A stretch of DNA of 64,000 nt from Octopus sinensis (lineage: Eukaryota). The notes below the pieces were generated by a model that saw nothing but the letters and a program-made list of their open reading frames with translations, ran no database searches and had not been told where the DNA came from. The position numbers were made by a program, and so were the translations under genes. The stretch spans positions 113,026,001-113,090,000 of the forward strand of contig NC_043002.1 in assembly GCF_006345805.1 (NCBI RefSeq). Reading direction: 5' to 3'. Below are positions 26,906 to 41,755 of the stretch, in pieces; the first letter of the stretch is position 1, and every line of letters starts with the position of its first letter.

Positions 26906-29900
26906 CATATATACGACAGGCTTCTTTCAGTTTCCGTCTACCAAATCCACTCACAAGGCATTGGTCGGCCCGGGGCTATAGCAGAAGACACTTGCCCAAG
27001 ATGCCACGCAGTGGGACTGAACGCGGAACCATGTGGTTGGTTAGCAAGCTACTTACCACACAGCCACTCCTGCGCCTATCCATGTTTTTATTATGAAACA
27101 GACAGTTCTAAGGTTTAGTTAATATAATCCTCATCACCATTGTTTTAACATCCACTTTTCTATGCACAGGAGTCAGGCGGAATTTGTTGAGGTGAATTTT
27201 CTGTGGTAAGATTCCCTCCCTCCCACCCCACAAGATCGGACATGTTTTCATGAAAGATTAGAAATGATGGCCACCCCTTGCAAAACAGTGGCATTTGTTT
27301 ACAACTACTATGTGGTTTCAGAGCAAGAAGACAGACACATGCACACATGACAGGCTTCTTTCAGTTTCCATCTGTCAAATCCACTCACAAGGCTTTGGTT
27401 GGCACAAAGTGCTATAGCAGAAGATACTTACCCAAAGTGCCATGCAGTGGGACTGAACCCAGAACTATGTGGTTGGGAAGCAAACGTCTAACCACGCAAC
27501 CACTCCAAAAACTTAATTTGGAAGGATTTAGTAATATACCTAACTTTTCCATTTAATGAAATATGAAATCAATGGCTAGCTTTGTATCAAAACTATCAGT
27601 GCTGCCTCCTAGAGGATTAAACAATGTTTTTTCTGAGTATCATATTTCCAAACAATTACATCTACCTAATTTATTATTATATGCTAAGGCAGTGAGCTGG
27701 CAGAATCATTAGCACACAGGGTAAAATGCTTAGTGGCAGTTTATCTAACTTTATGTTCTATGTTCAAATACTGCCAAGGTCGACTGCATTTCCTCCTTTC
27801 AGGGTCGATAAAGTACATCATCATCATTGTTCGACCGTGGTCGAGACAATGGAATTTACCATGCTACGCCAGACTTCACGGTCCATCATGGCATTACGGA
27901 GATCCTGTTGCTGGATGCCTGTATCCCTGGAGATTACATCAGGGTAGGAGAGTGTGCGCCCTCTGGTATTGCGAGTAGATGGCTTCCAGAGGAGAAGAGC
28001 AGAAATTACCTCTTTTTCAGCTCTACGACAATGTCCAGCAAACTGGACTCTCTTACCTTTCACAAGTCCGATGTAATTGACTTCCCGCCACCTCCGAAAT
28101 TGCTGGCCTTCTTTCTGAAGGCAGCAAATTATTTAAGACTAAATATTTATCAATAGAACAAGTTTCTCCCTTTTCTAATAAACTCAATTAGCAGATTTTC
28201 TTTGTCTAAAATAAAACAAGCTAACTGGAAACAGGTCTGAAATATCAGTCCAAGGTAGGTAACTCTAAAGTTTAAACATTTGTCGTTCCAATCATATTAG
28301 TTGATAGATGATCGTTTACATTTAATTCTGTATCATTATACAAACACATTTAGATATCGAGATACTTTTAGACAACTCTACCTAAAAGCAAACTCCTAAT
28401 GTGATTCGGTGCAATGCCGTTTTGCAACCAACATTAACGTGCTTTTTTATATAATTGTCTGGCCTGTTTGATACACTGAAAGATGGATTAATATTCAAGG
28501 GACGTAACCAGTACAGAACAAAGATAAATGTTCAAAAGGAAAAAAAACCACTTTCCTGACATTTAATCATTTTACTCTTTTCTTTTACTCTTTTACTTGT
28601 TTCAGTCATTTTGACTGCGGCCATGCTGGAGCACCGCCTTTAGTCGAGCAACTCGACCCTGGGACTTATTCTTTTGTAAGTTCAGTACTTATTCTATCGG
28701 TATCTTTTTGCCAAAACCGCTAAGTAACGGGGACATAAACACACCAGCATCGATTGTCAAGCAATGCTAGGGGGACAAACACACACACATACATATATAT
28801 ATATATACATATATACGACGGGCTTCTTTCAGTTTCCATCTACCAAATCCACTCACAAGGCTTTGGTCGGCCCGAGGCTATAGTAGAAGACACTTGCCCA
28901 AGGTGCCACGCAGTGAGACTGAACCTGGAACCATGTGGTTGGTAAGCAAGCTACTTACCACACAGCCTAATAAAAAAAAGTAAATACATTAAAAAAAGTT
29001 ACAACTCACGATGCTGCATCAGCCTTATCTTTCAGTTCCTTTGTTATAGCTAGATTTTTCTCTGTAGCGTTCAGGATATCGTCAATATTTTTCAGTCCAT
29101 TTACTGTCTTGTTAATTTTTGTAGACAGTTTTCGAATTTCCTCAGGTTTCAAAGAGATTTTCATATTTAATGTATCTTCTGCCAACTGAAATTTATATCA
29201 AAATTTAAAGTTTTAAAAGATTTAAATTAAAGGAAAAGGAAACTGATGAAGACAAAACTATTTTTAAAGGTAATTTTTCTATCCAACAACGTGGATCCAA
29301 TTACTGTGTCGTTAGCCTTGTGAGATCCTCTCACATAAGTGAATGATGCATAAAAAAACAGACATTAATCAGAGCAGACGAGAATCATCTGTTATGGGAG
29401 CTGGAACTCCCATATCACATAATTTCGATCAACTGGACCTTATCTGTGGAAAGCGTCCAGTGACAGCAGACCAGCCAAATCTCACTGCCACAATATATAG
29501 AATACCAGCCTCTTTTTCAACACTGATATTGCAAATAGCAAACAAGTTTATTAAAAATAATTATTTGTGTTGGAAGCTGTATTAATACAAAAAAGCAATC
29601 TTTGGTATTAATACTGTTTCCATCACAAATAATTAAGATTTTTTAATAATTTCTTTTCTAAAAAAAAAAATTAAGACTAGTAGGTAATCATAGCACCTGA
29701 GTAATAAAAAATATTACCAATTGTAGTAATCTTTATATATTAAAGTGAGGTTGTGTGCTGTCTGTCTCCTACGATTTAGATTCCTAACTACTCCCACATT
29801 TTGCGGTGCAGTATCTTATAGTCGTGATTCATATCGAGCCCTTCTGAGTATTAGCGCGCGTCTACGATGAGTCTACGATTTAAAAAAAAATTTACCATCA

Positions 29901-32208
29901 ATTTTTCCCATTTTTAATGCATTTTTGGCATATATAAGGGAAGTAACTCTCTAAAAATTCATTATTAAATCTCAGAACGTAAAACGCTACAGTAACACCC
30001 CCTCCTTTGTGGTTAGCCATATTGAGATGGCTATTATACTTTACATCTCTAAAAATGCTTATATAGTTATTTCCCTTACAAACCCGAGCAACGCCGGGCA
30101 ACACTGCTAGTAGGATATAAATTCCAATCCTTTTGTGTAGATGAGTAAAAAAGATTGAATTTATTTTGAACAACTTTATTGTGAAACAGAAAGTGATAGT
30201 TTCAATATCACTACTGAAATCATTCAATGGATCCTTCCCATCTTCTTAAGATGGTTAAGATGAGATCCAAGGGAGATGAGAAACATTTGGCTGTTATTTC
30301 TGGCTAGTCGTGCAACCATATAGAAGCTCTCTTGTCTGCTTGATAGGTTCTCCACTCTCTAAGGAAGTTGTCTCTTTAACCCTTTCGTTACCAACCCAGC
30401 CAAAACCGGCTCTGGCTCTGAGTTCAAATGTCTTATTTTCATAGGTTTTGAATTAAAATCTTCCACCAAACCTTAGTCACAATTTATGTTCCTAACACTA
30501 GCTTAATGAGGACTAAGTTATTTTACTAAATTCTTTGTTATATTTAAAGTAATTGAAAGAAACGCAAAGCATCTCAAAATAAATACAGTAATGAAAGGGT
30601 TAAGATCAAATGATTGATGTGGGATTACAAGAATCTGTAAATTAATTTTTAAAAAAATTTTTATACAGGACTCCACAAATCAGAGTGGTACAGTTGATAG
30701 AACTGAGCCCTACATATGGTTAACACTTATTTTATCGATTAACAATCCTTGAAGGATGAAATATGAACATTAAAACCAACCTCAGAAGAATTCAAACCCA
30801 GAATATAAAGGAATGTAACAAAATACTGAAATTACACTTCAATCACTTACGACACCAGTTCTGCCACTTGTCACCCCTTATCCTTTCAAACTAACATAAA
30901 AACAAATATACCCAAGAGAAGCAACAACAAGCTGTGCTTGCATGTATACCTATTTCTTTATTACCCACAAGGGGCTAAACACGGAGGGGACAAACAAGGA
31001 CAGACATAGGTATTAAGTCGATTACAGCGACCCCAGTGCGTAACTGGTACTTAATTTATCGACCCCGAAAGGATGAAAGGCAAAGTCGACCTCGGCGGAA
31101 TTTGAACTCACAACGTAATGCAGACGAAATACCGCTAAGCATTTCGCCTGGCATGCTAACGTTTCTGCCAGCTCGCCGCCTTTTTTGTATGTATACTGCT
31201 TGCATGTATACCACTATCTCTACAGAATTACTATAGTATTACATAATATTGGTTATAATGACATGAGTTTCTTCCTCCTAAATCAATGTTTGTGCCCCAT
31301 ATCACATCTTTTATATCCAAAATCAATAAATAAATTACCTTCTTGACTTCATCAAGTTTTGCTTTGTCAGAGTTCAACAAATCACTTATGTCTGTCAGCA
31401 TTTTTTCAAGGTCATCACGAGCATTTGAGGAATCATTCATAGCATTTACTGAAGCATTATAAAGAACTTCAACATCTTTCTTCACATCCATTGTCTTGTC
31501 TTTAATATTATTCAGCTAAAAATAGAACAAAGCATTTACATTAAATCAAAGAAATCTTTAAAAAGTGAAATACAATACAAAGTAACTAGTTTCATTAATC
31601 ATTAATCTTTTACTTGTTTCAGTCATTAGAATGAGGTCATGTTGGGGTTCCACTTTAAAGAAGTTTGGTCAAACGAATTGAACCCAGTATTTATTTTTTA
31701 AAACCCTGTTACTTATTCTATCAGTCTCTTTTGCTAAACTGCTGTGTTATGAGGACATGGGATGGAAGCACTCCGTCGGTTACGACGACGAGGGTTCCGG
31801 TTGATCAGAATCAACGGGACAGCCTGCTCATGAAATTAACGTGTAAGTGGCTGAGCACTCCACAGACACGTGTACCCTTAACGTAGTTCCCGGGGATATT
31901 CAGCGTGACACAGAGAGTGACAAGGCCGGCCCTTTGAAATACAGGTACAACAGAAACAGGAAGTAAGAGTGAGAGAAAGTTGTGGTGAAAGAGTACAGCA
32001 GGGATCACCACCATCCCCTGCCGGAGCCTCGTGGAGCTTTTTTTTAGGTGTTTTCGCTCGATAAACACTCACAACGCCCGGTCTGAGAATCGAAACCGCG
32101 ATCCTATGACCGCGAGTCCGCTGCCCTAACCACTGGGCCATTGCGCCTCCACAAAGTATGAGGACATAAACCCACTAATACCAGTTGTCCAGCAGTGGTA
32201 GAGGACAA

Positions 32209-32249
<41 letters not shown>

Positions 32250-34540
32250 AATACAACAGGATTCTTTCAGTTTCCATCGACCAAATCCACTTACGAGGTA
32301 TTGGTTGGCCCAAAGCTATAGTAGAAGACATTTGCCCAAGATGCCACGCAGTGAGACTGAACCTGGAACCATGTGGTTGAGAAGCAAACTTCTTACCACA
32401 CAGCCAAAAAATTATAAGGTAACAGATAGAGTGAGGTAAATACAATTGATACCATTCAAAATTCTAATTTCTGGATGGTATCAGTCACAGAATGGCTTGT
32501 GCTGACAGTAACGTGCAAGCTCCAGTATTCAATCCTCAGAAGAGGAAAGGTTGGTAAAAAAAAAAAAAAAAGCCAAACTCACAATCTTCTATTCTGTTTC
32601 CAGGCATCTCTTAACCCTTTCGTTACCAAACCGCCCAAAGCCGCCCGAAAAAAATTTTGGTTAATGTGACCAAACCGCCCAAACCCGCCCTTATTCATAT
32701 TTAAATGAGAATATCAGAGCAAATCTCTTTAGTACATTTGTGAAAACAAGTGATTATATTTCGTAAACAGTCCATCTACAGTTTTGTACAAAAATCGAAG
32801 TGTAATTTTAATTCCGTGAATTTTGGGAGATTTTTTTCCGAAATTTGTTCCTATTGTGTTTTCAAAATTTGTAATTCTGACAAAAAATGGATACGAATTT
32901 CATTATATCAAGCAGCGAGTCAGAATTCGAAGGATTTTCTACTGAAGACCTTCATAAATCTAACTCTATGACTGAAAAAAAAAAGCATGTGGTATTTGAT
33001 AATGAATCTGATGTTTCATTTTCCGAAAGTGAAAACAGTGAATCCGAGAGCTCCGACAGCGATAAAGAAAATGAATTGGCACCTGAATGGAGTGAAAATT
33101 TAAAAACTGTTTCTTTCGGTGATTTTTCTGAAGAAACTGGACCAAGCCACAGACTTTCCCAGGAGAGTAAAGCCTTAGACTATTTCTTTTAACTTTTTCG
33201 AATGAGCCTATTTGAAATCATTACGGCGGAAACGAACCGTTACGCTGAATGTTAGAAATTAATTGAAACACATAAGGGGTGTATTTTGGTCAGAAATATA
33301 GTAACGAAAGGGTTAAGCTGCAATCGTGAATGTTGAGTAATGACCAAAAGAATATGATTGCAAATATAACCAGCTGAATTGGGGTCCCTCCTCTAAAGGA
33401 TCTCTGGAGAAAAATTACTTAATAGGGTGCATAACTCAGAGATCAGGGTATCCCTATGAGTCGAGTGACTACTTCCTCCCATTGAGAGGTCACAATTCTA
33501 GTCCTACAGTACGCGGACATATGATTAGAATGCCACAGGAATGAATCACAAGATGGATACTTCAAGCCAATCCAGCCAGCGTGAGACCTAGGGGTAGACC
33601 AAGGATGAGATGATCGGGTGATATCCATAATCTCAGTTGGTCCTACTTGGGAATCCAGCTGGAAAGTGTAATGATGGTTGCTTCTGATTGGACCCTGTGG
33701 AGGAAGGGTCTGCAGACATTATCATGAAAACCCACCCAGCAAAAGTGGGTGAAGAAAATGGCTGGACGATCCAAAATACAGGAAGAGTTAAAATACAGGA
33801 AGAGTTAAACACAATTTAAATACTTTTCTTATTCAGCTGTATAGCCACAAGCCAGCCAAAGCTTCATGAGTGCATTTAGCAGATGGAAACTGTGTGGAAG
33901 CGCATCGTGTGTGCATGTACATGCACACACACTAGCAGGTGTCACAAAGTAACATGATTAAAGCAAACTTTTCTAGAGTTGGTGCTCTTCCAGTCACAAA
34001 ACCATATCTGTGTCTAAGCAAGGCAACGTTTCCCTTTATCTAACAAACAGCCTGGATATGGTTCAATGGGAGATAATGATACAATTTGTATGAATGCCAA
34101 TGAGCACATGTCAAGACAAGGGGAAAACCTACACACTCACGCATACACACACACACATACATATACAAACTATATATATATATATATATATATATTTCTT
34201 TACTATCCACAAGGGGCTAAACACAGAGGGGACAAACAAGGACAGACAAAGGGATTAAGTCGACTACATCGACCCCAGTGCGTAACTGGTACTTAATTTA
34301 TCGACCCTGAAAGGATGTAAGGCAACGTCGACCTCGGCGGAATTTGAACTCGGAACGTAACGACAGACGAAATACGGCTACGCATTTCACCCGGCATGCT
34401 AAAGTTTCTGCCAGCTCGCCTTATATATATATTGGCCTGCTCGCTTAGCCAGCGGGGTGGCGTCATTTGATGGCTAAAACAATGCGAAACGCATTGTGAC
34501 CAGCGATGTGTAGCAACATCTGATAGCCTGGTCGGTCACG

Positions 34541-34579
<39 letters not shown>

Positions 34580-37500
34580 TCACACATATGTATGTGATGG
34601 GCCTCTTTCAGTTTTCATCTAAAAAATCTACTCAGAACTCTGTAGCTAGCTGAGGACCATAATAGAAGACGCTTGCCAAAGGTATCACAGTAGGACTGAA
34701 CCTGAAACCACTTGGTTGGGAAGCAAATTTCTTCAGCAAACAGCCATGCCTTTATGAAGCTGATGATGAAGGTAATGACTGAGAACGAAAGCTGTTTAAG
34801 ATCCCTATAACATCAAATTATTACTCACCTTATTAACAATATTTGGTATCTTTGAACTTCTCTCTTGTAGATTCTTTTGAGCCTTTTCAGCAAGTTCCAA
34901 TGCATTCTCTGCCTTTGTTGTAGCCCCATTACAACCAAAACCTCCACATTTTTCACAACCACCACCACCACACAGAGCATCACAAGGGTCTCCTCTTTTG
35001 CCACAGACCTTCAAAAAATGAATTGGTGACATGAATTTTAAGTATTAGGCTTTGAAATTTTAAAAAACCTGTTAAGAAAGTACCATTTCCTTGCCTGAAG
35101 TAAAGGTTTATATGCAAATTTCAAATCAATTACATCAACCCCAGTGTTTAACTGATATTTATTTTACCGACCCCAAAAGGATGAAAGGCAAAGTCAATCT
35201 CAATGGAATTTGAACTCAGAGTGTAAACATGGACAAAATGCCACTAAACATTTTGCCTGGCATGTTAACCATTCTGCCAGCTCACTGCCTTGTAAAGGTT
35301 TAACCCTTTAGCATTTAAACTGGCCATATCCGGCCAAAAGTATTCTGCCTGTTTTATGTTTAAACTGGCCAGATCTGGACTCTCACACCAACCATACAAT
35401 ATCGTTTTAAAAATTAACAGCTACCTCATTAAAATCTCAAAGCTACAAGATAATGCATGATTAGTTCAAAACAAGGATAAAGAAGTATTAATTTTGGCAG
35501 AATAATGCGAACACTAATGGGTTAAACATTAAAGTCAGAGACTTCAAATCATACAGTCACATGACACTTCAGTTTCTTACAGAGGGAAAAGTAATGGGAA
35601 GAGTAAATAATCCTCTGGACAGACATATGGGTAGACACCACCCTCTACAGTTAATTCTGAGTAGAATAGCATGGACACTCATAGATAAGGGAATGTGTTG
35701 GGGAACAGAGATGTATGGCTTATATCCCTGTAGCTGATGTGGAGAGTCCAGGGTGTTGAAGTGTTAGAAAAAGAAATGAAGAAGGAAAATTGTCCAGAGG
35801 ATTGAACAGTATTTTGGCAGTGTCAAGAATTCAATGATTTGACTGTGGGAGGTGGGGATTATGATTCCAGTGCTCTTTGCTAATCACTGCTCAATTTTTG
35901 AATATGGCTTAGCTAAATACCAATGACTACAGGTGGGTTTCTTAAAAGCCTATACTTGCTGGAGAACCAACAAACTGAGGGAAAGGGAGAAGTGGATAAA
36001 AGTTGATCACAAGAATCATCATGTTGTGTCTTTGAGGGATGTCACTAACTGTCGGCTCCAGTGTGACAAAAACAAATTCAACAACATCCTATACTGAGGA
36101 AGAATGGACCATTTTACAAATGCTTTAAGATTCATGAAGTAAAGCCAGAATGGAAGAAACCATTATTCAAAGATAACTGAGGTGGTAGTAAGTTGCCCAT
36201 CTAAAAGGTTGTGTTGGCCTCAAACCACAAACTTGACTCAAATGCTTAACACAGAGGGGAACTCTGATAAAAGCACCCAGTGGTCAAGTGGTAAGATTAA
36301 ACCAGGTGATAAATTAAGTCTGCAAACCAAGAATAGGTACAACCCAATAGATTTCCGCACGATTACCATCTAACCACTTTTATTCCTTGGTATTATTCGA
36401 AGCTTAGTGTTAGGAAGGGCACCCAGTTTTAAAATGTATTAACAGATGAAAAAATATGTACCTATATTACTTAATATAGAAAATGCATACAAAACAGAAA
36501 TAAACCATGGTCACACAAACACAAAGTTTAGCTGTTTCTCTAATGTAGTCACATAGATATATGTATGCATTGATACCTAAATATTATTTAAATATAGAAA
36601 CAAAGCACAAATAGAAAGAGCCAGAAATCATATGGGTAGGCAAATAAAAAACTGCTTGAGCAGCTGTCATCACTTGACAGTGAGTATACGCATAAATACT
36701 AAGCAAGTGTTCTATTATTGTACATGTAGTAGTGTTCAGAAGTGCAGGTGTAAGTGCAGGTGTGTATGGGTAATATGTATGCTAGCATTTGAGTGAAGAA
36801 ATGCTTGTATCTAAAGAAGGATATGCAGGCATCCAAGTAAGGATACACACATCAAATTGAGAGTAATATGAGTAATATACATCAGGTAGAGAGTGCCTGA
36901 CTAGAAATTAAATCTGTAGGTGTGAGAAACCAGATCAGGCCATTTTGACCATAAAGCAAGTAGAATATTTTGGCTAGGTATGGCCAGTTTAAATGCTAAT
37001 GGGTTAAAAGTAGCAAGCTTGTGGAATCATGACCAAGCCAGGCAAAATGATTAGCGGCATTTCTTCTGGCACTTTTTCTGAGCTCAAATGCTGCCAAAGT
37101 CCACTTTATGTTACATCCATTCAGGTTCAATAAAATAAATAAAACAAGTACCAGCTGAGCACAAGAATTGATGTAATTGATTTCTCTCTTCACTCAAAAT
37201 TGCTGGCCTTGAGCCAAAACTAGAAAGGATTATCATTTCTCAAGTTCAGAAAATAAACTAACAAGAAATTTTGATGCAAAGTTTTAATTTAGATAATTTC
37301 AAAACAAGGAGTTTTAATCATAGAACCAAAGGTAGTCTCAGGCAGTTTGGTATGAAAAGAGTCAAGCCTCAGTGATTCATGCAGTGTAATATGACCGTAA
37401 AACACTGCATAGGCAGAGATGTATAGAATCTTAGAAAAAGTATATTCATTTTAAGCATTATCTTTTGACAAATTGTCTCTGTACCAGTTCAGGCTTAATT

Positions 37501-38594
37501 ATCAGAGGCTTCAGAGATACGTCAGAGGGGCTTTCTCCGTCCAGGTTGCGGATCCGTGGAACAAGCTGCCAGACGAGATGGTGAAGATGCCGACGACCGC
37601 TTTGTTCAAAGTCTCCCTTGACCTCAAGTGGCCTGAACTCTTTACATGAACACCACCCTGTACATAACTCCATGTCCCCCTACATGGCCTTGCTTTTTGC
37701 TTTTTGAGCCAAAAAATTAACTAACTAACTAACTAACTAGAGAAAGAAGAAAGGTGGAGAGAAAGGACAGACACAACAGAAGATATACGAGAAGAAAATG
37801 GGAGGTGAGAAACGGTAGAAAAAGTGAAAAGATAGGAAAAGGGAACAAAAAAGCGAAAACAAAGGATGAAAGAGGAGTAAGCAAGGAAAGAGGCAAAAAA
37901 GAGATGAACGACAGTAAGGGCTGAGACAACAGAAAGACAATGGAAAAGGAGAAAGAAAAATATGAAAATGAGGTAAACAGAAAAAAAAAGGAGGTAAATG
38001 GGTGAGGGAGGAGGAAAAGTGTGAAGAAGGAAGAGAGAATAGAAATTAATATTTTGGAACAACTTACGTTTTCATTGACATCCATCAATTTCTCATCAAG
38101 ATCACTAACATTTTGGTCAAGATCATCCAGCTTGCGTTTCTCCACATCGAGCTGAGACCGGAATTTATTTTCTACATGAGCAATCTCTCTTTCAACTGCA
38201 TTACGATTCTGTTCGGAACTTCTTACAGTATTCATGGCTCTACGGACAATTTGATCAGCTTTATCAGACATCTGCTTTGCTTCTAACGTTATGTTGTAGG
38301 CTCCTGTCATGGAAACACATAATCACAAGTGTAAATACAAGACACATACAACATATATCTAATGGTCTACATTAGCTTCAGTCTAAATAAAGCAACTCTT
38401 TGAGGATTTGCCTTCTCTTATTTCACATTTTCATCAGTCCCGTTGACCACTGTTCTTAATATATTTTCCATAACTTAAGTTTGAACTCAGGACATTTGTT
38501 GCTTATAGTGTAACAACATTCCTACATAATGATAAGAGCAGTGTAAGCTTGCTGTTGATATAAAATATACAAGATTCTAAGTTTAAACTTCACC

Positions 38595-38627
<33 letters not shown>

Positions 38628-41600
38628 GGGGTGTGTGGAAGTGGGTGTTAAGTCCCAGGTCAACCTTCATCAACTGGAATTATTATTAAAGGTATTACAT
38701 TGTTTTCCTATGAGCAGGGAACCAGGCTCCCTTGTTTGTTTACATAGTGGTGATAGTAGTAGAGTGACAGGGAGAAAGTGGCAGTGGTAGTTAGTGTGAC
38801 AGCAGAGTGGCGGTGGTGGTGAATGTGTAGCAACAGTATGTGTGGTGGTAGTGGTGAAGTGATCAGAGTGTGTTGTGCAAGGTGGTTGTGTAACAGTTTA
38901 CTATTGTGGTAGTAGGGTAGTGTTGAATAGTGATAGTGGAACCTAACTTTTATATCCTTCTATTCGTTGGATTTACAGACTTCAGGAAGCGAAGATAGAC
39001 ACAACTATCTTCACCTGATGTACTTCAAATTACTCCACTAAACACAATCCTTCAATAAATACAAAACTCTCAACGGCTCCTATGACTTCTTTCCATCTCA
39101 ACCAATATGCTCCTTTTTATAAGAGTTCGGCTAGTCCACTCTTCCTGGGCTTACAAAAAGAATAAGTCCCGGAGTCGAGTTGCTCGACTAAAGGCGGTGC
39201 TCCAGCATGGCTGCAGTAACACTGTAACACTGCCATACCAATGTCAATGACTCAAGCCACAACATTAACAACATGGAAGTATCATTGTCATCATCAGTCC
39301 ATCATCCAAGTTCACCTGACGAGAACCTTTACGTAATCCTTCCACTTGTTAAAAATAACAGCCAAACATCCAACAAATAACACAATACTGCCTTACATAA
39401 GGGGAAAAACACATTGGATAATGTAGTCAGATACCCAATGGAAGGTGATAGATGGCAGAATTGCTAGAGATTTGAACAAGATGTTTTGTGGCATTTATTC
39501 ATGTAAAAGCACGTAAAAAGCACCATCTGTCCGTGGCCATTTGCCAGCTCTGTCTGGCACCTGTGCGGGTGGCACGTAAAAAGCACCCACTACACTCATG
39601 GAGTGGTTGGCGTTAGGAAGGGCATCCAGCCGTAGAAACACTGCCAGATCAGACTGGGCCTGATGCAGCCTTCTGGCTTCACAGACCCCAGTTGAACTGT
39701 CCAACCCATGCTAGCATGGAAAGCGGACGCTAAACGATGATGATGATTTAGACTCTTTGCATTTTGAGAGGAACACCTACAACAACACTTGTACTAAGCA
39801 CTATCATCTTTGACTTTGCCTTGGGAAACATCAAGTGATGCGAGAAAAGAAGACTTGCATGCATAGACAACTGTTTTGCATACAATTACAGAATGTACAA
39901 TTATCCATCAGACACACAGACAGATGCTTCGCCAATTCAGCTGGAAGGTATTCCACCTGAACAATTATGCATATAAGAAATTTTACTTACCTTCATAATC
40001 ATTTTCTTTAATTATCTGAGCACTATCATTCAATTTGCGAGCTTTCTCTCGTAAATCTTCTATGTCCAGTTGCAAAGCTTCCAATTTGCTCTTGTAATCC
40101 AATACGGTGTTAGAGGTGGCAAGTAATTTATTTTCAGCATCATCAACTAATCTGTTATTGACACTCAAATTCTTCCTGAATAAACAGACAAAATACAACA
40201 ATGCTTTATATAATATTGTCATTTGAGAAGAGTTTCTGTTAAGCTTAATTCAAGTGATGATAGTTATTATTATTATTGAATACCACAGTACAATGGCATG
40301 GAAACAACAAGAACATTTGATACATATAGTGCAGGTAGAGCCTGGTGAAGTTTTCTTGCAACCAGAGGATCAGAGTTCAATAGTTTGTAGCAGCTTGCTG
40401 GTCACATCTTTCAGTCTTATGAAGATATTTTACCCAATCTTCTAAGCTGTTTACACAGCCATCTCTTGCATTTGACATTTCCATAAAAGTATACATACAC
40501 ATACATACAAATGTGTGTATACTCTTACTCTTTTACTTGTTTCAGTCATTTGACTGCGGCCATGCTGGAGCACTGCCTTTAGTCGGGCAAATCGACCCCG
40601 GGACTTATTCTTTGTAAGCCCAGTACTTATTCTATCGGTCTCTTTTGCCGAACCGCTAAGTAATGGGGACGTAAACACAAAAGCATCGGTTGTCAAGCAA
40701 TGCTAGGGGGACAAACACAGACACACAAACACACACACTCATATATATATATATATGACAGGCTTCTTTCAGTTTCCGTTTACCAAATCCACTCACAAGG
40801 CATTGGTCGGCCCGAGGCTATAGCAGAAGACAGTTGCCTAAGATGCCATGCAGTGGGACTGAACTCGGAACCATGTGGTTGGTAAACAAGCTATTTACCA
40901 CACAGCCACTCCTGTGCCTATTATATATATATATGGGTGCTGGCATGGCTGCATGGTAAGAAGTTTACTTCCAAGTCACATGGCTCTAAATTCAATCCTA
41001 CTGTATGGCACCTTGAACAAGTGTCTTCTACTATAGCCTCAAGCCAACCAAAGTATTGTGAATGGATTTAGCAGACAGGAACTGGAAAAAACCCATAGTA
41101 CACACACACATACATGTGTGTCTTTGTGCCTGTGTTTTCCCCCTCCTACTGCTCAACAACCAGTGTGTTTATGCCCCATTAACTTAGTGGCTTGGTGAAA
41201 GAACCAGTTGAACAAATACCTGGCTTTAAAAAAAAAAGCTCTGGGATCAATTTCTTTGACTAAGATTCTTCAAGGTGATACCACAGCATGGATGCAGTGT
41301 AATGACTGAAACAAGATACATACATACATATATATACACATATATATATATATATATATACATATATATATACATATATATACACATATATATACATATA
41401 TATACATATATATATATAAGTGGAGGCGCAATGGCCAAGTGGTTAGGACAGCGGACTCGCGGTCATAGGATCGCGGTTTCGATTCTCAGACCAGGCGTTG
41501 TGTGTGTTTATTGAGCAAAAACAACTAAAAGCTCCACGAGGCTCCGGCAGGGTGTGGTGATCCCTGCTGTACTCTTTCACCACTCTTTCTCCCACTCTTT

Positions 41601-41710
41601 CTTCTGTTGGCCTGCTTGCTTAGCCAGCGGGGTGGCATCATTTGAAGGCTAAAACAATGCGAACGCATTGTGACCAGCGATGTGTAACTACATCTGATGG
41701 ACTGGTCGGT

Positions 41711-41755
<45 letters not shown>

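Noticed and set aside
32100-32150. tRNA-like sequences at SINE heads
   Set aside because: They have A/B boxes but no complete cloverleaf or acceptor stem and run on into SINE bodies; not called as tRNA genes.
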